A DNA stretch of 63,964 bases, counting the filler, from Deltaproteobacteria bacterium (GTDB taxonomy: Bacteria > JACQOV01): the NCBI GenBank assembly GCA_016202395.1. It is 5 parts of 5 records of this genome, joined end to end, with 100 filler letters (N's around TTAATTAATTAA, not from the genome) between each part and the next. Parts side by side here need not be neighbours in the genome. Positions count along the whole stretch, not along the records: positions 34,833 to 40,626 come from JACQOV010000017.1; positions 40,727 to 50,556 come from JACQOV010000018.1; 3 more parts are not named here. The stretch is one strand, 5' to 3'. A program made the position numbers and the translations under genes. Positions 40,196 through 49,751 of this stretch are shown piece by piece. How positions within the stretch are numbered: the first letter of the stretch is position 1; the number at the start of each line of letters is the position of its first letter. The notes beneath the pieces were generated by a model, which was given only the letters and a program-made list of their open reading frames with translations, was not told the DNA's origin and ran no database searches.

Positions 40196-40487
40196 CTGGA
40201 ATGTTTTCCTCGCTCACTCACGATATTCTTGACCCCTCTCAGGGAGGTAGGTCTCTGAACTCGCTAGCATTTCTCGCCTAGCACCTGTAGGCTTCGCAAA
40301 GCAGCTACGCCCCCCCATTTCACCCTTGGGAGAACACGCAGGAAAGGATAGACTTTGCGGATCGACACCGATTGTGAGCCACCCGCTCCGCTGCTCTGCT
40401 CAGCAACAGTGGCACGGCTCGAAACGAACCGCTCATTCAGAGACCTACCTCTCCTCACATGGACGTTCGCTCAAAAAAACATTCCAG
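40196..40487 (+). mobile_element. Nested MITE/REP-like element, family A, most complete copy (copy 4)
   Basis: Outer IR ctggaatgtttt / aaaacattccag; inner IR gaggtaggtctctgaa / ttcagagacctacctc; internal module. Confidence 0.85.
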
Positions 40488-40626
40488 TGAATCCATCGAA
40501 CTTGAAAAAGGTGGGAAAAGTTCAGAGCGGCGACTAGCGAGAGGGAGCGGGTACCCACCGAGGGCGAGCCGGGCGAGGAAAGCCGGTTATACCGGAAGGC
40601 TTTTTCCCGCCGGCTCGCCCCGGAAG

Positions 40627-40726
40627 NNNNNNNNNNNNNNNNNNNNNNNNNNNNNNNNNNNNNNNNNNNNTTAATTAATTAANNNNNNNNNNNNNNNNNN
40701 NNNNNNNNNNNNNNNNNNNNNNNNNN
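40627..40726. other. Artificial contig spacer
   Basis: N/TTAATTAATTAA/N. Confidence 0.98.
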
Positions 40727-40820
40727 CGGGTGGCATGGGGCGGGGGACCCCCAGGCGCGCGGACTGTGGAGCACGCCTGGGGGAAGCCCCATGACAGGAC
40801 CCGCGAGGCCAAGCAACGCG

Positions 40821-40860
40821 GGTCAAAAATCTTGCGAGTGAAGCGAGAAAAAAAATCCCG
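40821..40860 (-). repeat. Outer module of family A element
   Basis: ggtcaaaaatcttgcgagtgaagcgagaaaaa closely matches the reverse complement of 10451-10490. Confidence 0.7.
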
Positions 40861-40889
40861 TGAGCTTTTCTCACCGAATCCGTGGCCTG

Positions 40890-41513
40890 CTAAGAAAGTT
40901 TTTTGAGAATCTCCCGAACTGCAATGGAGGGGGTAGGGGAGAGGAGCCCTTGGATCATGGCGATGGCGTGAGGTTGGGCTGCAAGAACGGCCTCCAGATT
41001 TTGAAGATGGATCCCTCCAATGGCCACCACCGGATGGCGGGATCGTTTCACCGCCTCTTTCAGCAGAGACGTTCCCACCACAGGATCAGGGGCCTCTTTG
41101 CTTGAGGTGGAAAAGATGGGACCGAAACCGATGTAGTCGATGGAAAGAGGATTGGCTTGTTCCACTTGATCCAGGTTGTGTGTGGAGAGGCCGATCGTAA
41201 AATTAGGACCTAATCGTTTTCGCGCCGTTTGCGCGTCAAGATCTTGACTGCCAAGATGAACTCCATCAGCTCCACACCGAAGAGCTAAATTCACAGAATC
41301 GTTCATAACGAAAAAAGCCCCATAGCCTGATGTTAACTTCCGTAATTCCTGGCATAGGGGGAGTAAAGATTGAGGCTCTCTTTTTTTGGCTCGAAGTTGG
41401 AGGATCGGAGCTCCTTCTCTTAAGAAGATCTCCGCTGTCTGAAGGATCGAAGATTCTTCAATGGAGTCGAGGTCGAGGATCGCATACAATCCTTTCGGCA
41501 GGTTTTTTTTCAT
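40890..41513 (-). CDS. thiE: Thiamine phosphate synthase
   Basis: QLRAK, ND, GVHLGSQD, GLSTH, GPIFSTSSK, AIGGI. Confidence 0.92.
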   Translation of the reverse strand: MKKNLPKGLYAILDLDSIEESSILQTAEIFLREGAPILQLRAKKREPQSLLPLCQELRKLTSGYGAFFVMNDSVNLALRCGADGVHLGSQDLDAQTARKRLGPNFTIGLSTHNLDQVEQANPLSIDYIGFGPIFSTSSKEAPDPVVGTSLLKEAVKRSRHPVVAIGGIHLQNLEAVLAAQPHAIAMIQGLLSPTPSIAVREILKKLS

Positions 41514-42229
41514 TTAAGTAAGGCGGAAAGTAGCATGATTCCCAGTCCGAAGGAGAGAACCAAGAGGATTTTGATCTGGGAGTAGGCTCTTTTATGAATT
41601 TGGGGCAAGATGTCGCTAATGGCGATATGAAGAAACGTTCCCGCTGAGAAGGCAATCAGGATGCCGATCCATCGGTTTTCAATCAAAGGAAAAACTAGGG
41701 TTGTGAAACCCGCCACCATCGGGACAATCAACGCAAAGATGAGATTGAGCGTTAAGATCTTCCCCTTAGAGGATTGCGTGACCATCAGAAGAGAAGAGAG
41801 AGAGAAGGCATCGGGTCCTTTGTGGATCACGATGGATAAAAAGATAATCGGCGCCAGAGAAGGGATGCTCAAGCTGCTTCCCAAAGCGATCCCCTCTGTC
41901 ACCGCATGGATCGCCAGCCCGATGAAAGCGAAATGTCCTGCGGCTTGATGCACTTCACACTCTTGGGCTTCACAAGCGTGAATCATCCAGAATTTTTCGA
42001 TGAAATAGAGAAGCAGGAAACCGAGCAGAATAAAGGGGCTGGCCGTGGCCCCTGCAAGTTCGATAGCGTCAGGAATCATATGGAAGAAGGCGGCTCCTAA
42101 GAGGATTCCCGCGCTGCAGGTGAGCGCCATGTGGAGCGAGAAAACGCCGATCCTTTTCCAAAAAGGAAGAGATCCTCCTAAAAGGGCGGCCAGTGTGATT
42201 GAGAAAGCGTAAAATGTGAGTTCTCCCAT
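41510..42229 (-). CDS. ZIP family metal transporter
   Basis: HMIPDA, HAVTEG, HKGPD; multiple TMs. Confidence 0.88.
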   Translation of the reverse strand: MGELTFYAFSITLAALLGGSLPFWKRIGVFSLHMALTCSAGILLGAAFFHMIPDAIELAGATASPFILLGFLLLYFIEKFWMIHACEAQECEVHQAAGHFAFIGLAIHAVTEGIALGSSLSIPSLAPIIFLSIVIHKGPDAFSLSSLLMVTQSSKGKILTLNLIFALIVPMVAGFTTLVFPLIENRWIGILIAFSAGTFLHIAISDILPQIHKRAYSQIKILLVLSFGLGIMLLSALLK

Positions 42230-42231
42230 GA

Positions 42232-43644
42232 CTATTCCTCTTTCAATCTCAACTCCTCGATCTTTTTTCTTAGAGTGTTCCGATTAATACCTAAAAGTCG
42301 AGCTGCTTTCAACTGATTTCCATGAGTTTTTTTGAGGACCGCTTCGATCAGGGGTCTCTCGATCTGCTCCACCGCCTCGCGGTAAAGATTCTCCTTGTTG
42401 TTCCATTCGGCGCACAAACGATTCTCAATCTCCTCTCGGATTTGGTTCTCAAAACGGTTTTCACCGGAAGTGGAGGCCTTTTTCAATTGAGGAAAGTCTT
42501 GAACGGTCAGTTGAGAATCGGTAGAAAGGATGAGAGCCCGTTTAATGGCATTCTCCAGCTCTCGGATGTTTCCAGGCCATGGATATTCTAGGAGCGGATC
42601 CATCGCCTCCGATGGGATCTCTTTGGGGGAGGCGCCCAGCTCTTTTTGGTATTTTTCGATAAAGAATCGAACAAGTTCTGGAAGATCTTCTTTTCGTTCC
42701 CTTAACGGCGGGAGTTTCATCGAAATCACGTTGAGTCGGTAAAAGAGGTCGCTTCGGAATCGGTTTTTCTGGATCAACTGTTCGAGATCCGCGTTGGTGG
42801 CGGAGATCACGCGGACATCCACAGGAATGGAGGCCTCTCCTCCCAGAGGCTCCACGCACTTTTGTTCTAGGGCTCGGAGCAGTTTCCCTTGGAGCTCAAA
42901 GGGCATCTCTCCAATCTCATCCAAAAATAGGGTCCCTCCCGATGCTTGCTCGAATCGTCCCTCTTTTCTTTGAATGGCTCCCGTGAAAGCGCCTCTCTCA
43001 TGACCAAAGAGCTCGCTTTCAAGCAGATTGTTGGGGATGGCCGCCATGTTGATCGCCACAAAAGGCCCCTCTTTGCGCGAGCTGTAATAATGGATGGCTC
43101 GCGCAACCAGCTCTTTCCCGGTTCCACTCTCTCCTTCGATAAGAACGGTGATATCGCTCGCTGCGACTTTGCCAATCATCTTAAAGACGGTTTTGATGGC
43201 TGGACTTTTACCGATGAGAATCGGCATCTCCTCTTTCTTCTCGGAAAGTTTCGATCGAAGTTCTTGAACCTCTTCCACCAAACGCCAATTCTCAAAAGCT
43301 TTAGTCGCTAGAACCTCGATTTCATCCAGGTCAAAAGGTTTGGCGATGTAGTCGAAAGCTCCCGCTCGCATCGCTTCAATAGCATTCTGCATGGTGTCTT
43401 GAGCCGTCATCACAATAATCCGCGTGGAAGGAGAGGCCGATCGGAGGTCCTGAATCACCTGAAGACCCGAGTAATCGGGAAGACGAATATCGAGAAAAAT
43501 AAGAGGGTAGGGATGGCGGCGTTGCAGCTCCATCCCCTCTTTCCCATTGGCTGCGGTGTCCACTTCATAGGAGGCGTGTTCCAACGATTTTTGGAAAACC
43601 CAGCGGAGATTCGAATCATCATCGATGACTAGAATTCGCTTCAT
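42232..43644 (-). CDS. ntrC: Sigma54-dependent response regulator, NtrC-like
   Basis: REC, GESGTGKE, GAFTGA, HTH GNQLKAARLLGINRNTLRKK. Confidence 0.85.
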   Translation of the reverse strand: MKRILVIDDDSNLRWVFQKSLEHASYEVDTAANGKEGMELQRRHPYPLIFLDIRLPDYSGLQVIQDLRSASPSTRIIVMTAQDTMQNAIEAMRAGAFDYIAKPFDLDEIEVLATKAFENWRLVEEVQELRSKLSEKKEEMPILIGKSPAIKTVFKMIGKVAASDITVLIEGESGTGKELVARAIHYYSSRKEGPFVAINMAAIPNNLLESELFGHERGAFTGAIQRKEGRFEQASGGTLFLDEIGEMPFELQGKLLRALEQKCVEPLGGEASIPVDVRVISATNADLEQLIQKNRFRSDLFYRLNVISMKLPPLRERKEDLPELVRFFIEKYQKELGASPKEIPSEAMDPLLEYPWPGNIRELENAIKRALILSTDSQLTVQDFPQLKKASTSGENRFENQIREEIENRLCAEWNNKENLYREAVEQIERPLIEAVLKKTHGNQLKAARLLGINRNTLRKKIEELRLKEE

Positions 43645-44741
43645 CGTTTAAATTCCCCTTCCCATTCCGATGTTGCCAAGGCGATTTGGAACAGTGTCCC
43701 TTTTTCCGGTGTGGAGTGCGCTTTGATCGTTCCTTTGTGTTCCTTAATGATTTGAAGGCAAAGGGGGAGTCCGAGACCGGTCCCCTTCGGTTTGGTGGTG
43801 TAAAAAGGGATAAAAATCTTTTCTTGTTCTTCTTCGGGAATGCCAGAACCGTTGTCTTCAATTTCCACCAGGATGTGCGTCTTTTTCTTTTCTCCAGGGT
43901 CGATCGTGACATATTCGGTTGCGAACTTCGATCGGACCCACACCGTTCCTGTCTCTTTTATTGCCTCCACCGCGTTACGGATAAGATTTAGAAAGACCTG
44001 GCGCAATTTTTCTTCATCTCCCGGAACATAGGGGAGGCTGGGATCAAACTCTTTGATGAACTCTATTCCCTTAGCCGTAGGGGATTTGGATTCTAGAAGG
44101 ATCAGTTCATCTAGAATTTGGTTGATGTTGACAGGTCGAACCTCGATCCGGTGAGGACGTCCTAGAGTGAGGAGCTCTTCTAAAAGTCGATTCATTCGAT
44201 CGGTCTCTTCGACAATCACTCTACAGCATTGGATCGATTCCGTCCCTTGGGGGATCTCTTTCGCCAAAAGTTGGGCGGCTCCTCGAATGGCGGTTAAGGG
44301 GTTTTTAATTTCGTGAGCTAGACCGGAAGCCACCAATCCGATGTAACTGAGTCGATCGGATTTTAGAAAATGCTCTTGGACCTTTTTGATGAGGGAGAGA
44401 TCCTGAAAAACGAGAACAGCCCCCACAACCGTTCCACGGACAGCATCTTTTTGTCCCCAGAGAGGAGAGATTGTCAGCGATACCGGAACTCGGTTTGAGA
44501 GACTTTGATCGTGGAGAGTGACACTGTTTCCATGACGCAAGAAACGTTGATAAAGTGGGTGGAGCCATTCTTCCGCAGGAAACACATCGGCAAGGGATTT
44601 TCCTAAGGTGGATTCCCGGGAAAGTCCACACGTTCTTTCAAGCGAGGCGTTAAAGACCTCTATCTTCCCTTGCGCATTAAGCGCCAGGATCCCTTGTTCC
44701 ATCGCGTCAAGAATTTCTATGGGATCTTCTGGTTTTATCAT
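43641..44741 (-). CDS. ntrB: PAS histidine kinase, NtrB-like
   Basis: PAS, AHEIKNPL..IRGAAQLL, NLIRNA, DNGSGI, GTGLGL. Confidence 0.85.
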   Translation of the reverse strand: MIKPEDPIEILDAMEQGILALNAQGKIEVFNASLERTCGLSRESTLGKSLADVFPAEEWLHPLYQRFLRHGNSVTLHDQSLSNRVPVSLTISPLWGQKDAVRGTVVGAVLVFQDLSLIKKVQEHFLKSDRLSYIGLVASGLAHEIKNPLTAIRGAAQLLAKEIPQGTESIQCCRVIVEETDRMNRLLEELLTLGRPHRIEVRPVNINQILDELILLESKSPTAKGIEFIKEFDPSLPYVPGDEEKLRQVFLNLIRNAVEAIKETGTVWVRSKFATEYVTIDPGEKKKTHILVEIEDNGSGIPEEEQEKIFIPFYTTKPKGTGLGLPLCLQIIKEHKGTIKAHSTPEKGTLFQIALATSEWEGEFKR

Positions 44742-44807
44742 GACTGCCTATTTTTTAGGCAAATATAACACATCTAATGAAAATAACAAATAAATCTTTG
44801 ATTTTGC

Positions 44808-44836
44808 TTGACTTGTTGCTGTAACCTCTTTATTCT
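44808..44836 (+). promoter_or_regulatory. Putative sigma70 promoter for the mltD operon
   Basis: TTGACT-N17-TATTCT, 33 nt before ATG. Confidence 0.5.
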
Positions 44837-44869
44837 GCTAGTGATATTTAGGGTAGACCAAGAGGTGTA

Positions 44870-46510
44870 ATGAAGTCGATCAGAGGTTCTCTTATCATTG
44901 TTCTTTTCGTAGGAGGTTGTGCCACAGCCCCTTATCCCTCCGTCCATAGACCCCAAGACCTTCGTTCTCATCTGACAGGGGATCCATCGGATTTGAGTCT
45001 GCTTCAGCGCTACGGCTCCGAGGGGGACCTGATCTGGGTAGAAACCGAAAATAATCAGAGAGGGTATGTTTTTGAAGAGGACCTTTTGCAGATGGCCCGA
45101 GTTCGTGAGGCCATAAAAACTCCTCTCACCATTCGTAAAGAGCCTGTTCAGGAAATTCCAGAGGAGGGGGAAGAGCCCCGTTACGATGTTCCCATTGTTA
45201 TTAATGAGAGGGTGGAACATTTCGTCGAGTTTTTTCTTACCGATCATCGAGAGTATTTCGCCAAGTGGTTAGCGCGATCGACCCGTTACCTTCCCATGAT
45301 GCGCAAAATCTTTCGAGAGCAGGGGCTCCCGGAGGACCTCGTCTATTTGGCGATGGTGGAGAGCGGGTTTAGCCCCAGGGCTTATTCCCGCGCGAAGGCT
45401 ATGGGGATTTGGCAATTTATTGCGCCCACAGGAAGGAGGTACGGGCTTGAAATCAATTCTTGGGTAGATGAACGAAGAGATCCGGTGAAGGCAACCTATG
45501 CCGCGTCTCAATATCTCAAGGATCTTCATGAGATGTTCGGTTCTTGGTATTTAGCGGCGGCCGCCTATAATGCTGGGGAAGGGAAGGTGTCTCGAGCCAT
45601 TGCCCGTCACGATACCGATGATTTTTGGAAGCTTGCGGAGTATCGCTACCTTCGTCGAGAAACAAAAGACTATGTTCCCAAATTTATTGCCGCAACTTTG
45701 ATTGCCAAGAATCCTGAGAAGTACGGTTTTGTGGGAGTCCCTTACGAAGAACCGCTTCAATACGATGAAGTTTCTGTGGAAGGATCTTACGATCTACAGG
45801 TTATTGCGCAGGCTGCGGGAACCACATCGGAGATGGTCACTTTCTTGAATCCGGAGCTTCGTCGCAACGCGACCCCTCCTTACTCGAAGGAGTATCCCAT
45901 TAAACTTCCTCCAGGCACGGGTGAGTTGGCGCTACTCCGTTTGGCGTCGATCCCTCCCCAGGAGAGAAATCTTTACGTCGAGCATCGGGTGCGGCGAGGG
46001 GAGACGTTGGGCGCTATTGCGGCTCGGTATGGGGTTCGGACGAGTGATGTCGTCCATTTGAATCGGCTCTCTTCCGCAAACAAGATTTATGTGGGACAAG
46101 AACTTCGGATCCCAACGGGGTCTCAAACTCCTATCGTGATGGAGGCAAAATATTCCCCGGAGCCAAAAACCAGTGTCATTCGTCATCGGGTGCGACGGGG
46201 AGAGAGTCTTTGGAGCGTTGCTAAACTCTATGGGGTGAGTGTGACGGAGCTCAAGAGGTGGAACGATTTGGGGAGAGGATCGGTCGTGTATGCGGGGCAG
46301 CGTTTGAAGATATACACCTCGGGGAAGTCTCCTCTTGCAGAGAATCAAGATTTTGTTTTTCACGAAGTAAGGAATGGTGAAAATTTGACCCGAATCGCAA
46401 ATCGATATGGAGTCACTATCTCTCAGATCCAGCAATGGAATGGGATGGGACGACGGACAAAAATCTATCCGGGGACACAACTCAAAATCTTCACTTCCGA
46501 CCCAATCTAG
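44870..46510 (+). CDS. mltD: MltD-type lytic transglycosylase lipoprotein with three LysM domains
   Basis: Lipobox VGGC, AMVES, GIWQF, AAYNAGE, ETKDYV, three LysM repeats. Confidence 0.92.
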   Translation: MKSIRGSLIIVLFVGGCATAPYPSVHRPQDLRSHLTGDPSDLSLLQRYGSEGDLIWVETENNQRGYVFEEDLLQMARVREAIKTPLTIRKEPVQEIPEEGEEPRYDVPIVINERVEHFVEFFLTDHREYFAKWLARSTRYLPMMRKIFREQGLPEDLVYLAMVESGFSPRAYSRAKAMGIWQFIAPTGRRYGLEINSWVDERRDPVKATYAASQYLKDLHEMFGSWYLAAAAYNAGEGKVSRAIARHDTDDFWKLAEYRYLRRETKDYVPKFIAATLIAKNPEKYGFVGVPYEEPLQYDEVSVEGSYDLQVIAQAAGTTSEMVTFLNPELRRNATPPYSKEYPIKLPPGTGELALLRLASIPPQERNLYVEHRVRRGETLGAIAARYGVRTSDVVHLNRLSSANKIYVGQELRIPTGSQTPIVMEAKYSPEPKTSVIRHRVRRGESLWSVAKLYGVSVTELKRWNDLGRGSVVYAGQRLKIYTSGKSPLAENQDFVFHEVRNGENLTRIANRYGVTISQIQQWNGMGRRTKIYPGTQLKIFTSDPI

Positions 46511-46521
46511 GGAATAGGGGG

Positions 46522-47076
46522 GTGGTTCCAACAATACCTTATGATATATTAATTAATCTGTTTGTTGGGTTGTGGATCCCTTTTTGCGCTCGGAAGCAGT
46601 TGCGCAACGAGGCCTCTATCTATGGAAATCCCTATTTTGAGTTTGCGCTGCTGTATCAGATTTTTATCTTTCTTCCGGTCAGTTTTTATCTCTATCTAAA
46701 ATATCCGGCCTGGAGTTGGATGTATTTTTTGGACCCTGAGGAAATTCCCGCCTACAGCGCGGCGATCACCTTTCTTTCCTATCCGGTGGCTATGTTGATC
46801 GGGTACGGTTACGCCGCAAAGGCAGCGAGGCGAGATCAGATTCGGCCGATCTATTCGGCGATGGGAGCCACCCTCTTCGGATTGGCGATGTTGGTGATCT
46901 CCACTTTAAGAAGGCTTTGGACGGTGGCCAGTTATGCGGACTATCATCAAGGTTTAGGGGTTCCTCTGTGGGGAGATCCCTTGAGCAGTCAACTGATAGT
47001 CATTATTTCAATCAATTTTATCCCTCTTCTTTTCTTTTCAGTCAAATTCTTGAGAGAGGCAGACCAAATCGCGTAG
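46522..47076 (+). CDS. Hypothetical multi-pass membrane protein
   Basis: Hydrophobic helices, YPAWSWMY motif; GTG start after the mltD stop. Confidence 0.7.
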   Translation: MVPTIPYDILINLFVGLWIPFCARKQLRNEASIYGNPYFEFALLYQIFIFLPVSFYLYLKYPAWSWMYFLDPEEIPAYSAAITFLSYPVAMLIGYGYAAKAARRDQIRPIYSAMGATLFGLAMLVISTLRRLWTVASYADYHQGLGVPLWGDPLSSQLIVIISINFIPLLFFSVKFLREADQIA

Positions 47077-47110
47077 CGTATAGACAAGATAAACTAAACG
47101 CTATACGCTA
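47074..47110. repeat. Short intergenic inverted repeat
   Basis: tagcgtatag ... ctatacgcta, 10-bp perfect stem. Confidence 0.5.
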
Positions 47111-47116
47111 TCCGCT

Positions 47117-48292
47117 ATGAAAGCAAAAGCTGTTATCGAAGCGATAGAGGCGCTGGAGCCGGAGCTGTGGGAGCTGGCCTCTTTTATCCATTCTCATCCT
47201 GAGTTATCGGGAGAGGAACATCGTTCCTCGCAAGCCGCGATCGATTTTCTTCAAAAGCATGGGTTCTCAGTGACAGCTCCGTATCAGGAGATTTCTACTT
47301 CGTTTCACGCAGAGGCCTCCAAACCGTGGGAGGGGCCTCGGATTGCTTTGCTGGCCGAGTACGATGCTTTACCTCAGATCGGACATGCCTGTGGGCACAA
47401 CCTGATTGCTGCCATGAGTGTGGGAGCTGCCGTCGCTTTGAAAAAAGGGGCGCCCGACTTTTCTCCTGGGATTGTGGTTATCGGAACTCCAGAGGAGGAG
47501 CGAGGAGGGGGGAAAATCAAGCTCCTCAAGGCAGGCGCTTTTAAAGATATCTCTGTCGCGATGATGGTCCATCCCTCGAACACCACCGAGGTTGCCAAGA
47601 AAGCGTTATCTTTGATCGAGGTCGAGGTCGCTTTTCACGGCAAAGCTGCCCATGCCGCCGCCGCACCGGAGAAGGGGATCAACGCCCTGGATGCCGTGAT
47701 CCTCCTTTTTAACGGTGTGAGCCTTCTGCGACAGCATCTTCGGCGTGACGCTCGAATCCACGGGATCATCTCCAAGGGGGGGGATGCCCCGAATGTGATC
47801 CCCGATTATGCCGCAGCCCACTTTTACCTGCGCGCTGCCGATATGACCTATTCATATGAACTTTTGAACCGATTTCAAGAGATCGTTGCTGGGGCAGAGA
47901 AAGTAACCGGGGCTCGGGCCGAGATCCAGGTGAATGAGATCCTCTACCAGCCCTTTCAACCGAGCCTTCCTTTGGCTCAGCTTTTTGAGAGGCATCTGCG
48001 AGATCTGGGGGTGGAGGTGGAAGAGAGCTCTGAAGGCTTTGGCTCTTCGGATATCGGGAATCTCAGTCAGGTGATGCCGACGATCCATCCCACACTTGCG
48101 ATCTCTCCTAGAGAGATTGTTTGCCATTCGTCAGCATTCACAGAGGCCTCTGTTTCAGAAAAGGGGCGACAAGGGATGTCCGTGGGGGCTAAAGCATTAG
48201 CGTTAACGGCCTTGGAGTTATTTGAAGATCCAGATCAACTGCGAGCCGTGGTGGATGGTTTTAAAGCTCGCCATTCCGTGGAGCCCTGGTGA
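47117..48292 (+). CDS. M20 family amidohydrolase (ACY1L2/PM20D2-like)
   Basis: HPEL, EYDALP, HACGHN, TPEEE..GGK, MMVHP, GSSDIGN. Confidence 0.9.
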   Translation: MKAKAVIEAIEALEPELWELASFIHSHPELSGEEHRSSQAAIDFLQKHGFSVTAPYQEISTSFHAEASKPWEGPRIALLAEYDALPQIGHACGHNLIAAMSVGAAVALKKGAPDFSPGIVVIGTPEEERGGGKIKLLKAGAFKDISVAMMVHPSNTTEVAKKALSLIEVEVAFHGKAAHAAAAPEKGINALDAVILLFNGVSLLRQHLRRDARIHGIISKGGDAPNVIPDYAAAHFYLRAADMTYSYELLNRFQEIVAGAEKVTGARAEIQVNEILYQPFQPSLPLAQLFERHLRDLGVEVEESSEGFGSSDIGNLSQVMPTIHPTLAISPREIVCHSSAFTEASVSEKGRQGMSVGAKALALTALELFEDPDQLRAVVDGFKARHSVEPW

Positions 48293-49455
48293 AGGTTCTT
48301 GGATTGATGTCGGGGACCTCAGTGGATGGGATCGACGTGGCTCTCGTCGATATTCAGGGAAAGGCTCCAAAAGCTCTCATCCAACCGTTGGCTTTCAAAA
48401 CATTCCCCTATCCCTCTCAAATTCGGCGCGAACTTTTGAGCCTCTCTCGACAAACCGCCCTTTCTTTGGAACGACTGGTAAGACTCGATTTTGCCTTGGG
48501 AGAGCTTTTTGCTCAAGCGGCGCTAAGGCTTTTAAAAGAGGCTCGTGTCTCTCCCAAAAAAGTGGAATTGATTGGGAGTCACGGACAAACCATCTGTCAT
48601 AGCCCCAATCGGCGACGGGGTTTGTTAGGAGGTGGAGGAACCCTTCAGATTGGGGAGCCTTCCGTGATTGCGGAGAGGACCGGCATCCCAACGATTGCCG
48701 ACTTCCGCCGTCGAGATATCGCTGCGGGGGGAAAAGGGGCTCCCTTGGCCTCTTTCCTTCACTGGGCTTTGTGTGCCGATGCTAAGAAAGATACGATCGT
48801 TTTGAATGTGGGCGGGATCGCCAATGTTACTTTTATTCCTAAAGGAGCCCCTTTATCTCGAGTGGTCGCTTTTGACACCGGCCCAGGAAACATGGTGATC
48901 GACTCTCTAGTCCGCCATTTTTCTCGTGGGAGATTTCGTTTTGATCCCCAGGGAACTTGGGCAAAACGGGGGCGCGTTCACGAACCTTTGCTCCGTTCTT
49001 TGATGAGCCATCGTTATTTTTATCGAAGGCCTCCCAAAACCGCCGGTAGAGAGGAGTTTGGTTGGGACCGCGTGAAAGGATTTCTCGAAGATCCTCGTTG
49101 GCGAGCGCTTTCCCGTTACGATTGGGTCGCTACGACAACCGCTTGGACGGTCTATTCCGTCGAAAATCAGATTCGCAGCTACATTCCGAAAGGATTTGAA
49201 GCGGACAGAATGATTGTTGGGGGAGGGGGATCGAGGAATCCCACGCTGATGAAGGGGTTACAGAAAAGATTTCCAAAAATTAAAGTGGCCTCCTTCGAAT
49301 CGATCGGTTGGGATAGCGATGCGATTGAGGCCATTGCCTTTGCTTTGCTTGCCTATGAGGCTTACCACGGACGGTCGAATCATCTCCCCCAAGGGACAGG
49401 GGCTGCGAGATCTTGCATTCTTGGCAAATTTATTCCTGGTTTAGGGCGCCTTTAA
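48289..49455 (+). CDS. anmK: Anhydro-N-acetylmuramic acid kinase
   Basis: GLMSGTSVDG, GSHGQT, GGKGAPL, FDTGPGN, EAIAFA. Confidence 0.95.
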   Translation: MKVLGLMSGTSVDGIDVALVDIQGKAPKALIQPLAFKTFPYPSQIRRELLSLSRQTALSLERLVRLDFALGELFAQAALRLLKEARVSPKKVELIGSHGQTICHSPNRRRGLLGGGGTLQIGEPSVIAERTGIPTIADFRRRDIAAGGKGAPLASFLHWALCADAKKDTIVLNVGGIANVTFIPKGAPLSRVVAFDTGPGNMVIDSLVRHFSRGRFRFDPQGTWAKRGRVHEPLLRSLMSHRYFYRRPPKTAGREEFGWDRVKGFLEDPRWRALSRYDWVATTTAWTVYSVENQIRSYIPKGFEADRMIVGGGGSRNPTLMKGLQKRFPKIKVASFESIGWDSDAIEAIAFALLAYEAYHGRSNHLPQGTGAARSCILGKFIPGLGRL

Positions 49456-49477
49456 AAACTCCCCGTGAGCCTGTCTT

Positions 49478-49616
49478 CGTTCATGGTGAGCCATTCGATA
49501 AACTCAGGACAGGCTTGTCGAACCATGAGCCTGTAGCATCTCGATTTATAACGATTCGTCCTTCGACAATGGCTCCAACCCAATTGGTGCCGCGCGGCAC
49601 CAATTGGGAGGATGAT
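49478..49616. repeat. Nested REP-like cluster containing a perfect 30-bp palindrome
   Basis: ttcatggtgagcc...tgtcgaaccatga with insert; cccaattggtgccgcgcggcaccaattggg at 49579-49608. Confidence 0.7.
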
Positions 49617-49751
49617 GATCTGCGCGTGCGAATCGTAACGCATTGGGTCAAAAGGGTTCGCTAAAGTTTAAAAATTCGTTTGAGTTTTAGTGGGCTCTGT
49701 GGTACAAACAGACAGAATGCAATCCAGTCAAACTATAGGGGCGGCTCTGCT

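Noticed and set aside
40320-40415. Possible riboswitch or ncRNA upstream of the Clp ATPase
   Set aside because: Lies within the nested repeat; no known RNA motif recognised
45932-46534. 200-aa antisense ORF and other 60-180 aa shadow ORFs
   Set aside because: They overlap well-supported genes and have no recognisable motifs
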